DNA of 64,000 bases from Candidatus Cloacimonadota bacterium (GTDB lineage: Bacteria; Cloacimonadota; Cloacimonadia; G963667145), in assembly GCA_963676615.1 (NCBI GenBank), contig OY781092.1:160001-224000 (forward strand). The letters are read 5' to 3'. The position numbers and the translations under genes are program-made. Below the pieces are notes generated by a model. That model worked only from the letters and a program-made list of their open reading frames with translations, was not told the origin of the DNA and made no database searches. Position 1 is the stretch's first letter. Each line of letters begins with the position of its first letter. This document shows positions 38,199-47,682 of the stretch, piece after piece.

Positions 38199-39158
38199 AT
38201 GAAAGTTTCTGTTTTGGGCTGTGGGCGATGGGGCGGGTTTATCGCTTGGTATTTGAGTGAGATCAAGAAGTTTGCTGTCACCAGCTGGGGACCTGCTCAA
38301 GATCCGATTTTTCAGCAGCTAGCCTCCACGGGCGCGAACGATTACCTAAAATTCCCCGAAAGTATTGAAATCACTAGCGATTTACAACAGGCGTTGCAGG
38401 CTGATTTGCTGATTATCTCGATAAGTAGCCAGCGTCTCAGGGAGTTTGCCCGCAAGCTAAATCAGCACGATTTGTGTGGAAAAACTTTTGTTTTGGCGAT
38501 GAAAGGAATCGAAGAAAATACTGGTCAGAGGCTCTCGCAGGTGATGCGGCAGGAGATAAGTCAACCGATTGATGTGGCGATTTGGGTCGGACCTGGGCAT
38601 GTGCAAAGTTTTACCAAAATGGTGCCGAATTGTATGGTGATTTGTTCCGAGAAAAAGGAGCTAACTGTTAGACTGGCAAAGCTTTTAGAAAGTTCGCTGA
38701 TTCGGTTTTATTATGGAGACGATATGCTCGGCAACGAGGTCGGCGCTGCTGCCAAAAATGTGATGGGACTTGCCGCTGGAATGTTGGACGGTCTTGGTTT
38801 GCAGGCGCTCAAAGGTGCACTGATGGCAAGGGGCGCTAGAGAGGTCGCTCGGCTGATTTGTGCGATGGGCGGCAAAGAGCTCACCGCTTATGGATTGTGT
38901 CATCTTGGCGATTACGAGGCGACGCTTTTTTCGGCAAACAGCAATAATCGAAAATTTGGACAGATGATAGTTGAGGGTAAAGAATTCGACAAACTGGCAG
39001 AGGGAGTGGCGACCAGTAGCGCGCTTTTGCGGATAGCCAGTCAGCTGGAGGTCGATATGCCGATTACAAAAGTCGTCAACAAGGTTGTGAACAAACAGGC
39101 GGAGGCTGAGCAGCAGTTGAAAAATCTGTTTTTGCGCCCGTTGAAAAGGGAGTTTTAG
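38199..39158 (+). CDS. gpsA: NAD(P)H-dependent glycerol-3-phosphate dehydrogenase
   Basis: GCGRWG, KGIE, GPGH, E.GAAAKNV, GL.HLGD...T..S..S.N, AEGV.T. Confidence 0.9.
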   Translation: MKVSVLGCGRWGGFIAWYLSEIKKFAVTSWGPAQDPIFQQLASTGANDYLKFPESIEITSDLQQALQADLLIISISSQRLREFARKLNQHDLCGKTFVLAMKGIEENTGQRLSQVMRQEISQPIDVAIWVGPGHVQSFTKMVPNCMVICSEKKELTVRLAKLLESSLIRFYYGDDMLGNEVGAAAKNVMGLAAGMLDGLGLQALKGALMARGAREVARLICAMGGKELTAYGLCHLGDYEATLFSANSNNRKFGQMIVEGKEFDKLAEGVATSSALLRIASQLEVDMPITKVVNKVVNKQAEAEQQLKNLFLRPLKREF

Positions 39159-39164
39159 TTGGAA

Positions 39165-40049
39165 ATGTTGAGAAAGCACAAAAAGTTGTTTTTGCTAGTT
39201 GCGATGGTTGCGGTCGTTTATTATGGAATTTATTTGTATTCTAAGGATAAGATAACGCCTTTGCAGGTAAGCAGTTATGTGAACTACTACGACTCTGATT
39301 TGGCGCTGCAGGTAGCCGAGGTTGAGTATATTTTCCCATCGTGGCTGATTATGAAAAAGGGGACGCTTTTTTACAAGCAAGAGCCGGTTTTTAACTTTGA
39401 CAAGGCGAAAATTACTTTGAGTCTTTTTTCGATTTTTTGGAAGGAAAAGCGGTTTAAGTTCGATATTTTTTCCGCTGGAGGCAAGATTGACGGTAGATAT
39501 TCTGGCGATAAGTTGGAGATTGATGCGCAAAATATTGATTTGAGCCTTGTGCCGTTGACGAAGGCGTATGAGTTGAAGGGTGATTTGGATTTGAAGCTCG
39601 ATTTGAAGTTGAAAGACGGCAAAGTCAAAAATGGCGGTTGCAACGCTTTGGTCGAGAATGTCGGATTTAGCGGCGTAAACGATTATGTGACGGATACTTC
39701 GCTTAATCTTGGTAGCGTTTTTGTGGAGACGAGGGTGAACGACGATGATTTGGAGATTACCAGGTTTGAGATTGTCGGCAAAGAGCTGAATATGCAGAGT
39801 TTGGGCAGGTTGAAATTTTTGGAGGATAATCGTCAGATTTTGGAGCTAAAGGGCAAAAAGCAGTTTGCTCCGACTTTTTTTGAGAAGATCGAAAACGGCT
39901 TTTTTGTGGGGCTGTATTTTGCGGACGCTATCGGCAAAGATTGTTATTTTATGGTCGATTATTCGGACGACGGGCTAGATTATCGGCAGTTGAGTAATCG
40001 GGAACAAGTGGAAAGGCTCGAGAAAAAATTGCAAGAAAAAAGTAGATAG
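39165..40049 (+). CDS. Membrane-anchored beta-rich protein, possibly GspN/AsmA-like
   Basis: N-terminal TM followed by amphipathic beta repeats (GG.I.G, IDLS.VP, LKG.L.L.L.L). Confidence 0.45.
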   Translation: MLRKHKKLFLLVAMVAVVYYGIYLYSKDKITPLQVSSYVNYYDSDLALQVAEVEYIFPSWLIMKKGTLFYKQEPVFNFDKAKITLSLFSIFWKEKRFKFDIFSAGGKIDGRYSGDKLEIDAQNIDLSLVPLTKAYELKGDLDLKLDLKLKDGKVKNGGCNALVENVGFSGVNDYVTDTSLNLGSVFVETRVNDDDLEITRFEIVGKELNMQSLGRLKFLEDNRQILELKGKKQFAPTFFEKIENGFFVGLYFADAIGKDCYFMVDYSDDGLDYRQLSNREQVERLEKKLQEKSR

Positions 40050-40061
40050 GGAGCGAGGATT

Positions 40062-40985
40062 CTGAGATTTTTACTTTTTTGCAATGGGACGATAGGCAAC
40101 ACAATAATGTATTCTCCTATTTTTCGTGCTTTGAAAAATTTATCGCCGAGTGCGCAAGTTGATGTTGTTTTTAGCGATTTTGGTGCAGAACTTTACTCAC
40201 AGGATGCTAATATCGACAAAATTTTTCTTTTTAATCGTAAGCAAGATTCGCTCAAAAAGCAGTTTCGGTTGGTCAGGGAGTTCCGCAAAGCTCATTACGA
40301 TTTTTCTTTGCATTTGCGTAGCGGCGTTCGCAACGAGATGTTGGCTTGTTTTGGAGGAGCAAAAAAGCGCTTGGGGCGCAATCTAAAAGGTTCGTGCCAA
40401 TTTCTGACGAGCTATGTGAGCAAAATTGCAAATCAGCACGCTAAGGATGAGTATAAGGAGTTTTTGAAAGCTATTTTTGGGCAAGAAAAGGGATTTTTAC
40501 CTTATTTGCCCGCAAATGTAGAGGAAAGCGAGAATGTCGAGCGTTTTTTGTTGTCGCAAAATGTGGAAAAAGGTTTTGTAGTTGTGCATCCTTTTGGAGA
40601 TACGATTTCGCCTGATTGCTGGCGGAGCGATATTTTTGGCAAGATTATAAGTCGACTTCAGTTGCCTGTTTTTGTTTTGGGACGGCAAAAAGAGGTTGAG
40701 AATTTCCCCTTTTTTGCGGAGTCAAAGGCGAAATTTTTGACGGATAAAAATCTTGGATTTGTTTCGGAATTGCTGAGGCGAGCTACTTTTTTTGTGGGCA
40801 ATGATAGCGGAATTTTTCACATTGCGGAGTGTCATAAAGTTAAAAGTTTTGTTTTTTTTCAAAACGATAAGGCGAATTTTTTGAAATGGTCGCCGATAGA
40901 AAAAAGTTCCAAAAGCTTTTTCGCAAAAGATTTTTCAGACGAAAAATTGGGAGAAATTGTGGGTGAAATAAATGAAAAAGCTTAA
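40062..40985 (+). CDS. Glycosyltransferase family 9 (heptosyltransferase-like)
   Basis: IGNTIM..P, VVVHP, FVGNDSGIFHIA; in-frame CTG at 40062 restores the N-terminal strand (ORF track starts at 40107). Confidence 0.85.
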   Translation: MRFLLFCNGTIGNTIMYSPIFRALKNLSPSAQVDVVFSDFGAELYSQDANIDKIFLFNRKQDSLKKQFRLVREFRKAHYDFSLHLRSGVRNEMLACFGGAKKRLGRNLKGSCQFLTSYVSKIANQHAKDEYKEFLKAIFGQEKGFLPYLPANVEESENVERFLLSQNVEKGFVVVHPFGDTISPDCWRSDIFGKIISRLQLPVFVLGRQKEVENFPFFAESKAKFLTDKNLGFVSELLRRATFFVGNDSGIFHIAECHKVKSFVFFQNDKANFLKWSPIEKSSKSFFAKDFSDEKLGEIVGEINEKA

Positions 40986-42075
40986 TATTTTGTTTTCTAA
41001 CTCCAATCCTGCGCAGATGTGGGGAGGAGGCGAAAAGTGGATGGTGATGGCAGCTAAGGGCTTACAGGAGCGGGGTCACGAGTGTATAATGGCAGCCAGA
41101 AGAAATTCGCAAATTTTGCAAAAGAGCGAGCAAAATGGGCTGCCAACAAAAATTTTTGAGCTTCATTCGGAATTAAATTTTTTGAAAATTTTTAAGGTAG
41201 CGCGCTTTTTGAAGAAGAAAAAAATCGATATTGTGGTTTTGAATATTACAAAAGATGTGAGGATTGTGGGAGCTGCGGCTCGTTTGGCGGGCGTTAAATT
41301 GGTTGTGGCGCGGCACGGAGCTTTTTTAATTTCTAATAAATTTCGCTATCAAGTGACTTATAAAGCTCTTGTGGATAAAATAATTACCAATAGTAACTCT
41401 ATCAAACAGAGGTATGAATCGTTTGGCTGGATGCCCGACGGTAAAATAAAGATAATTGCTAACGGTGTGGAGTTGCCCGAGAATATTGAGTCTGTTGATT
41501 TGCGGGAAAAATATAGTTTGCCTGAGGATTGTTTTATTTTTGGTGCTTTTGGCAGATTGGCGGATGGTAAGGGGTATGATACGCTTATTGAAGCTGCGAG
41601 TTTGTTGCGCGAAACCAATTTTGTTGTCCTGATTGCTGGCGAAGGAAATCAGCGCAAAATTTTGGAAAGCCTTATCGAAGAAGAAAATTTGCAGAAAAAA
41701 GTTTTGCTTTTGGGTCATTTGGACGATGTTTACCCTTATATGAAAAATATCGATGCTTTGATTCTTTCTTCTACGGAAGAGGGGATGCCCAATGCTGTAT
41801 TGGAAGCGATGTTGCTGGGAAAGCCAGTTATCTCCACAAAAATTAACGATTTGCCAAACATTGTTGAAGACGGCAAAATGGGGTTTATTTGTGGGGTGTC
41901 GGATGCGAAAAGTATGGCATCTAAGATGGATTTGTTTTTGAAAGGCGAAGTTAATATCAACGAAATGGCAAAAAAGGCTCAAATTAAGGCTGAAAGCTGC
42001 TATACAATTGAAAAAATGGTGGATAATTTGGAAGAGTTTTTTGCAAGGAGTTTAGAGTGGAAAAAGCAAAAGTAG
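40972..42075 (+). CDS. Glycosyltransferase family 4
   Basis: WGGGEK, GRL...KG, EGMPNAVLEAM..GKPVI. Confidence 0.9.
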   Translation: MKKLNILFSNSNPAQMWGGGEKWMVMAAKGLQERGHECIMAARRNSQILQKSEQNGLPTKIFELHSELNFLKIFKVARFLKKKKIDIVVLNITKDVRIVGAAARLAGVKLVVARHGAFLISNKFRYQVTYKALVDKIITNSNSIKQRYESFGWMPDGKIKIIANGVELPENIESVDLREKYSLPEDCFIFGAFGRLADGKGYDTLIEAASLLRETNFVVLIAGEGNQRKILESLIEEENLQKKVLLLGHLDDVYPYMKNIDALILSSTEEGMPNAVLEAMLLGKPVISTKINDLPNIVEDGKMGFICGVSDAKSMASKMDLFLKGEVNINEMAKKAQIKAESCYTIEKMVDNLEEFFARSLEWKKQK

Positions 42076-43007
42076 CCGTCATTATTCCTTATTATAATGG
42101 GGATGTTTCATTTTTGAATAAAACGGTAGATTCTATTTTAAATCAAACTTTTACCGATTTTAATGTTTATATTGTAAATGATGGATCGGATAGTTTTTTT
42201 TCGGCAGCTGTTAATGGATTGGTAGGCAAGAAGCATAGCCCTAAAATAAACTTACTAAACAAAAAAAATTCTGGTTGTATTGATAGTAGAATTTTTGGAA
42301 TAAAAAATTCTCAAGAGGAATATATAGCTTTGTGTGATGCAGACGATTATTGGGATGAAAAAAAACTGAAGAAACAGGTTCAATTTTTGGAAGAAAATGA
42401 AAATTATGGGTTTGTGGCTTGTCACCATTTAAGAGATAAAAATGGCGTGATTTATGGTGAGGTTAATAAGACAATAATGCCAAGCGAACCTTTAGATATG
42501 CTTGAGCGCCTTTTCATTTCCTCCAATTATGGAGGAGGTAATCCCTCAACTTATTTTTTTAGACGGAAAAATTTTATTAAAGCAGAAAAATATATACCAA
42601 CTGATAAGAACGAGTGTAACGATACACCGTTGCTAATGGCTTTGGCTTATACGGGCTGCAGATTTGGTTTGGTGGATGAGGTGTTGTCATACTATCGGGT
42701 CCATTCAGAAGGGTTGTCTCGAAATAATATCAAGATTTATGATGGCTATACTCGCTTTATTAAGTATAAGGAAGATTTTTTAAATTTAGCGGAAGATCTT
42801 TTAAGAAAAAATGGCTATAATTTTGACTCAATAAAGCGAGAGTCTTTGTATGATGCAAGAATGGATTTGGTAGGAAGATATTGTAATATTGGAGATTTTG
42901 AAAAAGCTTACTTTTACACAAAAGATTCTTTAAGGTATAGAGTGACTATTAAAAATTTAAGAAGGATTTTTAAATACAAGATATTGTCGTTAATGAGAAA
43001 AATATGA
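42057..43007 (+). CDS. Glycosyltransferase family 2
   Basis: VIIPYYN, VNDGS, CDADD, YRVH. Confidence 0.88.
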   Translation: MEKAKVAVIIPYYNGDVSFLNKTVDSILNQTFTDFNVYIVNDGSDSFFSAAVNGLVGKKHSPKINLLNKKNSGCIDSRIFGIKNSQEEYIALCDADDYWDEKKLKKQVQFLEENENYGFVACHHLRDKNGVIYGEVNKTIMPSEPLDMLERLFISSNYGGGNPSTYFFRRKNFIKAEKYIPTDKNECNDTPLLMALAYTGCRFGLVDEVLSYYRVHSEGLSRNNIKIYDGYTRFIKYKEDFLNLAEDLLRKNGYNFDSIKRESLYDARMDLVGRYCNIGDFEKAYFYTKDSLRYRVTIKNLRRIFKYKILSLMRKI

Positions 43008-43354
43008 AAATTTTAGTGTTTGGTGCTCATGCTGATGATGCAGAGATTGGAATGGGGGGAACCATTGCAAGGTATGCGTCTATGGGCAATGAGGTGAAGA
43101 TTGTGTGCGCGATTATTCCTTGTGAGAGTTTGCAAGGCGAGAAAGCAAATAAAAGCAAGCAAGATAGGTTGCTGGTAGAGGCAAAATCGCCAAAGAAATT
43201 AGCATCGAAAATACAGTTTTTAGTGGAAAATAAAAAACTAAGAAAGAAGCTTTCTCAAAATGCTTTAGCGACTATGAGGGACAAATTTTCGGAAAATGTT
43301 ATGATTGATAATTTGGAAAAACTTTTTTTGGGGTTAGTCGATAATGGGCGATAG
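43004..43354 (+). pseudogene. Chimeric remnant: PIG-L deacetylase N-terminus fused to GT4 C-terminus
   Basis: AHADDAEIGMGGTI (PIG-L) followed by LLVE...KLA.KI..L.EN..LR..L..NA.....KFS...M.DNLE (GT4 tail); too short for either enzyme. Confidence 0.75.
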
Positions 43355-44522
43355 TCTTTTAGTTTTATTTGGGAAAATTCAGAGTTTATTGCTCCTATTG
43401 ATTTCCTTACTGTTACCGATGCATATATGGATTCCAGAATTGTCTTTGTTTTGTTTTCTATTTTGGTTGTTGCAGGGAAATTGGAAGTTTCGAATAACAG
43501 CTTATGATTGGCAAAAAAATAGAATGATTTTTTTTCTTCTATGTGGTTATTTTTTTTATATAGTTGTTTCAGTTTTATTTTTTTCTCCTTATAAAGCTCA
43601 GTTGTCAGAGCTGGAAAGGCGGTGGGCGTTAGCTATATTCCCTTTAATTTTTATGGGTTCTCCGCAATTGAAAAGTGATAGAAAATTGGTCGATTATATT
43701 TTAATTTTATATTGCCTTGGAGCAGTTTGCACATCAATATATTCGTTGTTTAGAGGAGATTTTTCTTTTTTTGTTCCTAGTGTTTTTTTAGGGAATAGAA
43801 TTCGATTTTCAACTACAATTGTATTAGCAATGGCAATTTTGATCTATTTAAGCTATAAAAATAGAGGAAAGAAGTGGTTTCTGCTTTTTTCGGCAGTTTT
43901 TCAGTTTTTCTATTTGTTTTCAATTTATACTGCTAGTTCTCGATCTGGTATTGTTGCCACGATATGTTTGGGAGTTTTTGTCCTTATTTTTTTCTTGTTA
44001 AAAAAAAATTTAGCAATAATTTATAAAGTTTGTTTATTTATTCTTATTTTTGGAGTTTCTTATGTGCTAGCTACTAATCAAAGAATGAGTCAAGATCTTG
44101 TTAAAAGCCATCGAACGAATATTTATAAATCTGCATTTGACACAGGTTTGCAGGGACTTAGGGGGGTAAATTTCTTTGTTGGAATGGGAGCAGAGGCATC
44201 GCTTGACTTGTTTCATCAGAATCTAAAGAAAATTGGAGAGCAAGTTTACTCACACCCACATAACGATTTTTTTTCAATTTTTCTTAAAAGAGGGATTATA
44301 GGAGAGTTTTTTTTTCTTTTAATTCTTGGTGTTGCTTGGTGTCGAGGGTTGAAAAATAAAAATTTTTTACTTCTATCTTTTTTGTTAATATCTCTAATTT
44401 ATCATCTGTTTAATGGTGTTTTTGAAATACGCCATGATATATATTTATACTATTATTTTTACTGTTTTTTTATGTTCGTTGTTTCGGTTAAGAATAAAAA
44501 ATATAAAGAAAAGTTTAATTAA
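43344..44522 (+). CDS. waaL: O-antigen ligase / Wzy_C family membrane protein
   Basis: Multiple TM segments, SRSG, R..IY, G.G, HPHNDF..GIIG. Confidence 0.8.
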   Translation: MGDSLLVLFGKIQSLLLLLISLLLPMHIWIPELSLFCFLFWLLQGNWKFRITAYDWQKNRMIFFLLCGYFFYIVVSVLFFSPYKAQLSELERRWALAIFPLIFMGSPQLKSDRKLVDYILILYCLGAVCTSIYSLFRGDFSFFVPSVFLGNRIRFSTTIVLAMAILIYLSYKNRGKKWFLLFSAVFQFFYLFSIYTASSRSGIVATICLGVFVLIFFLLKKNLAIIYKVCLFILIFGVSYVLATNQRMSQDLVKSHRTNIYKSAFDTGLQGLRGVNFFVGMGAEASLDLFHQNLKKIGEQVYSHPHNDFFSIFLKRGIIGEFFFLLILGVAWCRGLKNKNFLLLSFLLISLIYHLFNGVFEIRHDIYLYYYFYCFFMFVVSVKNKKYKEKFN

Positions 44523-44537
44523 AAAAGAGAGGCATAG

Positions 44538-45071
44538 TTGAGTAATTGTTTATTGGTTCTCAACCCAAAATTTTTCCAAGATTCTCGCGGTTATTTTATG
44601 GAGAGCTTTAGGCTGGACGATTTTGAGGCGAAAGTGGGAAAGATAAATTTTGTGCAAGAGAACGAGTCGTGCTCCAGTTTTGGAGTTTTAAGAGGTTTGC
44701 ATTTGCAAAAAGAGCCGTATGCTCAAAGTAAACTGGTGCGTTGTGTTGTGGGCAAAATTTTGGATGTGGCTGTGGATTTGCGGCCAGATTCGACAAAATT
44801 TGGCAGATACGAGTTGGTAGAGTTGTCGGAAGAGAATAAAAAGCAGTTTTTTATTCCCAAAGGTTTTGCTCATGGATTTTTGGCGCTGAGCGAGAAAGTG
44901 GTGGTGCAGTACAAGGTCGATAACTATTACAATCCAGCGTCAGAAGCTGGAATTATGTGGAACGACCCAAGCGTGGGAATTGATTGGCAGTTGGAGAAAT
45001 ATGGTATTCAAAAGCCGATTTTGTCAGAAAAGGATGAAAAATACCCAGGGTTACAGGAGTTTATCAGGTGA
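44538..45071 (+). CDS. rfbC: dTDP-4-dehydrorhamnose 3,5-epimerase
   Basis: DSRGYFMESF, GVLRGLH.Q, QSKLVRC, GFAHGF, YKVDNYY. Confidence 0.95.
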   Translation: MSNCLLVLNPKFFQDSRGYFMESFRLDDFEAKVGKINFVQENESCSSFGVLRGLHLQKEPYAQSKLVRCVVGKILDVAVDLRPDSTKFGRYELVELSEENKKQFFIPKGFAHGFLALSEKVVVQYKVDNYYNPASEAGIMWNDPSVGIDWQLEKYGIQKPILSEKDEKYPGLQEFIR

Positions 45072-45916
45072 AAATTTTAATTTTGGGAGCAGAAGGTCAG
45101 CTGGGAAAAGCTGCTGTTTTGCATTGCAAACAAGAAGTAGTTCCATTTTTTGCGCCACGAGAGAATGAAGCCAATATTTGTGATTTTGATAGGATAAAAA
45201 AGGTGATAGCTGGCTCTGGTTGCACCCATATTTTGAACTGTGCGGCGTATAATAATGTCGATAGAGCGGAGGAAGATGCGAAGGCTGCCTTTTTGGTGAA
45301 CGCCGACGCGGTAAAAAATTTAGCGGAAATTTGCCAAAATCTGAAAGTGAAATTGGTTCATTTTTCTACAGATTATGTTTTTGATGGCAAAGCGTCTAAA
45401 CCTTATACCGAAAACGATGTGGCGGTTGCTTTGTCAAAATACGGACAGTCAAAACTAGAGGGCGAAAAAAACGCTTTGCGTTATTGTGAGAACTCTTTGG
45501 TGATAAGGACTTCGTGGGTTTTTGGTGAAGGGATAAATTTTATAGCAAAAGTTTTGGAATGGTCGAAAAATGGGAGTCTGAAAATTGCAGATGACGAGTT
45601 TTCGTCTCCGACTTCGGCAAAATTACTTGCCAAAATTGCGTTAGCTTTGTTAAAAAAAGAACGAAGTGGCTTGTTTCAGATTTGTTGTCGTAATGGTTGT
45701 TCTAGATACGATTTGGCGAGGTTTGTTTTGCAAGAGATGAAAATTGCCGTGGGGATAGAAAAAGTCTCGAAGAGTATTTTTGGATTGCCCGCTAAAAGAC
45801 CTGATTATTCTTTTATGTCGACCGAAAAAGTGGAGAAGTCGCTGGGGATTGAGTTGCCATTTTGGGAAGACGAAGTGAGAAATTTTTTGAAAGAGAAAAA
45901 GGACACAGAACAATGA
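45068..45916 (+). CDS. rfbD: dTDP-4-dehydrorhamnose reductase
   Basis: GAEGQLG, CAAYNNVD.AE, STDYVFDG, YG.SKL.GE. Confidence 0.93.
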   Translation: MKILILGAEGQLGKAAVLHCKQEVVPFFAPRENEANICDFDRIKKVIAGSGCTHILNCAAYNNVDRAEEDAKAAFLVNADAVKNLAEICQNLKVKLVHFSTDYVFDGKASKPYTENDVAVALSKYGQSKLEGEKNALRYCENSLVIRTSWVFGEGINFIAKVLEWSKNGSLKIADDEFSSPTSAKLLAKIALALLKKERSGLFQICCRNGCSRYDLARFVLQEMKIAVGIEKVSKSIFGLPAKRPDYSFMSTEKVEKSLGIELPFWEDEVRNFLKEKKDTEQ

Positions 45917-46962
45917 ATAACATCCTAGTTACAGGGGGTGCAGGGTTTATTGGCAGCCATTTGGTGCGGCTGCTGGTGAACAAGTATCCCGACAAAAGAA
46001 TCGTGAATTTTGACAAGTTGACTTATGCGGGCAATTTGGAGAATTTGAAAGATGTTGAGCAGAAGGCGAACTATTTTTTTGTGAAGGCGGATATTTGCGA
46101 CGCTCAGGCGGTGGACAAAATTTTTGCCGAATATAAGATTGACGGCGTGATTCATCTGGCGGCAGAGTCGCATGTGGACAGGTCTATCACCAATCCGTTT
46201 GAGTTTGCCAGGACGAATGTGATGGGCACGCTCACGCTTTTGCAGACGGCGAAAAATTTTTGGCAGGAAGATTTTGCGAATAAACTTTTTTACCATATTT
46301 CGACCGACGAAGTTTACGGCTCGCTCGGGAAAGAGGGCTATTTTGTTGAGGAGACGCCATACGATCCGAAATCGCCATACTCCGCGTCCAAAGCGGCGTC
46401 CGACCACTTTGTGCGGGCGTATGCGAACACTTTTGGCTTGCCGACGATTGTCTCGAATTGCTCGAATAATTACGGTCCGAATCAGTTTCCTGAAAAGCTT
46501 TTGCCGCTGTTTATTAACAATATTCAGCAAAAAAAGCCGCTGCCGGTTTATGGAAAGGGCGAAAATGTGCGCGATTGGCTTTATGTAATCGATCACGCGC
46601 GGGCTATCGATGCGATTTTTTTCTCGGGCAAAGTCGGACAGACCTACAATATTGGCGGATTTAACGAGTGGACGAATATCGATTTGATAAAACTTTTGTG
46701 CAAGGTGATGGATGAAAAACTGGGCAGAGACGCTGGCGAGAGCGAGAAGTTGATAACTTATGTCAAAGACCGAGCGGGGCACGATATGCGCTACGCCATC
46801 GATTCTGGCAAACTCAAGACCGAGCTGGGCTGGCAGCCGTCGTTGCAGTTTGAGCAGGGGCTCTCCGAAACTGTCGATTGGTATTTGAACAACGGTGAGT
46901 GGCTGGCGAGCGTCACCAGTGGCGATTATCAAGATTATTACAAAAAAATGTATGAGCAGTAG
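45913..46962 (+). CDS. rfbB: dTDP-glucose 4,6-dehydratase
   Basis: TGGAGFIGS, AAESHVDRS, STDEVYG, YSASK, NCSNNYGP. Confidence 0.97.
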   Translation: MNNILVTGGAGFIGSHLVRLLVNKYPDKRIVNFDKLTYAGNLENLKDVEQKANYFFVKADICDAQAVDKIFAEYKIDGVIHLAAESHVDRSITNPFEFARTNVMGTLTLLQTAKNFWQEDFANKLFYHISTDEVYGSLGKEGYFVEETPYDPKSPYSASKAASDHFVRAYANTFGLPTIVSNCSNNYGPNQFPEKLLPLFINNIQQKKPLPVYGKGENVRDWLYVIDHARAIDAIFFSGKVGQTYNIGGFNEWTNIDLIKLLCKVMDEKLGRDAGESEKLITYVKDRAGHDMRYAIDSGKLKTELGWQPSLQFEQGLSETVDWYLNNGEWLASVTSGDYQDYYKKMYEQ

Positions 46963-46984
46963 GGAAATTTTGAGGATTTGAACT

Positions 46985-47290
46985 TTGAAAGATATAAAAT
47001 TTTTAATGAAAGAGATTATGGCAAAGCTTGCTGTGGAGAATCCCGAAAAGGTTTATATTTTCGGAAGTTATGCTTGGGGAACTCCGACAGACGAGAGTGA
47101 TTTGGATTTGTGTGTTGTGAAAAAGTTCTACAATTCTCGTTGGGAAGAGAAAAAAAAGATTGATGAGCTGCTGAAAGATATCAAAATTGCAAAAGATATT
47201 TTGGTGCCAACTCAAGAGGAGTTTGATTTCTACCGCAAAGAGTGCGGGTCTGTTTACAAAGAGATTTACGAAAAGGGAATTCTTTTATGA
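46985..47290 (+). CDS. Minimal nucleotidyltransferase (MNT) antitoxin-like protein
   Basis: IFGSYAWG....SDLDL. Confidence 0.88.
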   Translation: MKDIKFLMKEIMAKLAVENPEKVYIFGSYAWGTPTDESDLDLCVVKKFYNSRWEEKKKIDELLKDIKIAKDILVPTQEEFDFYRKECGSVYKEIYEKGILL

Positions 47291-47682
47291 GGTTTGAAAA
47301 ACAGTTTGTTGTTTTGTTTAAAAAAGCAAAGGCTGATTGTGAAACCGCTAAAATAATTTTTGCTGAAATTGAAAAAGGGAACGCAAAACTTGAAATTTGG
47401 ATTGTATTTTTTCATCTTCAGCAAAGTGTCGAAAAGGCTCTTAAAGCTCTTTTGGCTTATCACAAAGTTCATATTTTGAAAACTCACGATATTGGCTCTT
47501 TGTTGATGAAATTGGAAGAAATTGGCGTTAATGCCGTTTTTGATAAAGAGAGTTTGAGTTTTTTGTCGTATTTTGCTGTCGAAGGCAGATATGGAGCGGT
47601 TTTGGACAAAGTTGAAAATCCAGAGAGGTTTTTGTTTCTTGTTGAAAATTTATTAAATTTCATCGAAAAGGAGTTGAAATGA
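47287..47682 (+). CDS. HEPN domain protein
   Basis: [31 protein letters not shown]-coupled to the MNT gene. Confidence 0.88.
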   Translation: MRFEKQFVVLFKKAKADCETAKIIFAEIEKGNAKLEIWIVFFHLQQSVEKALKALLAYHKVHILKTHDIGSLLMKLEEIGVNAVFDKESLSFLSYFAVEGRYGAVLDKVENPERFLFLVENLLNFIEKELK

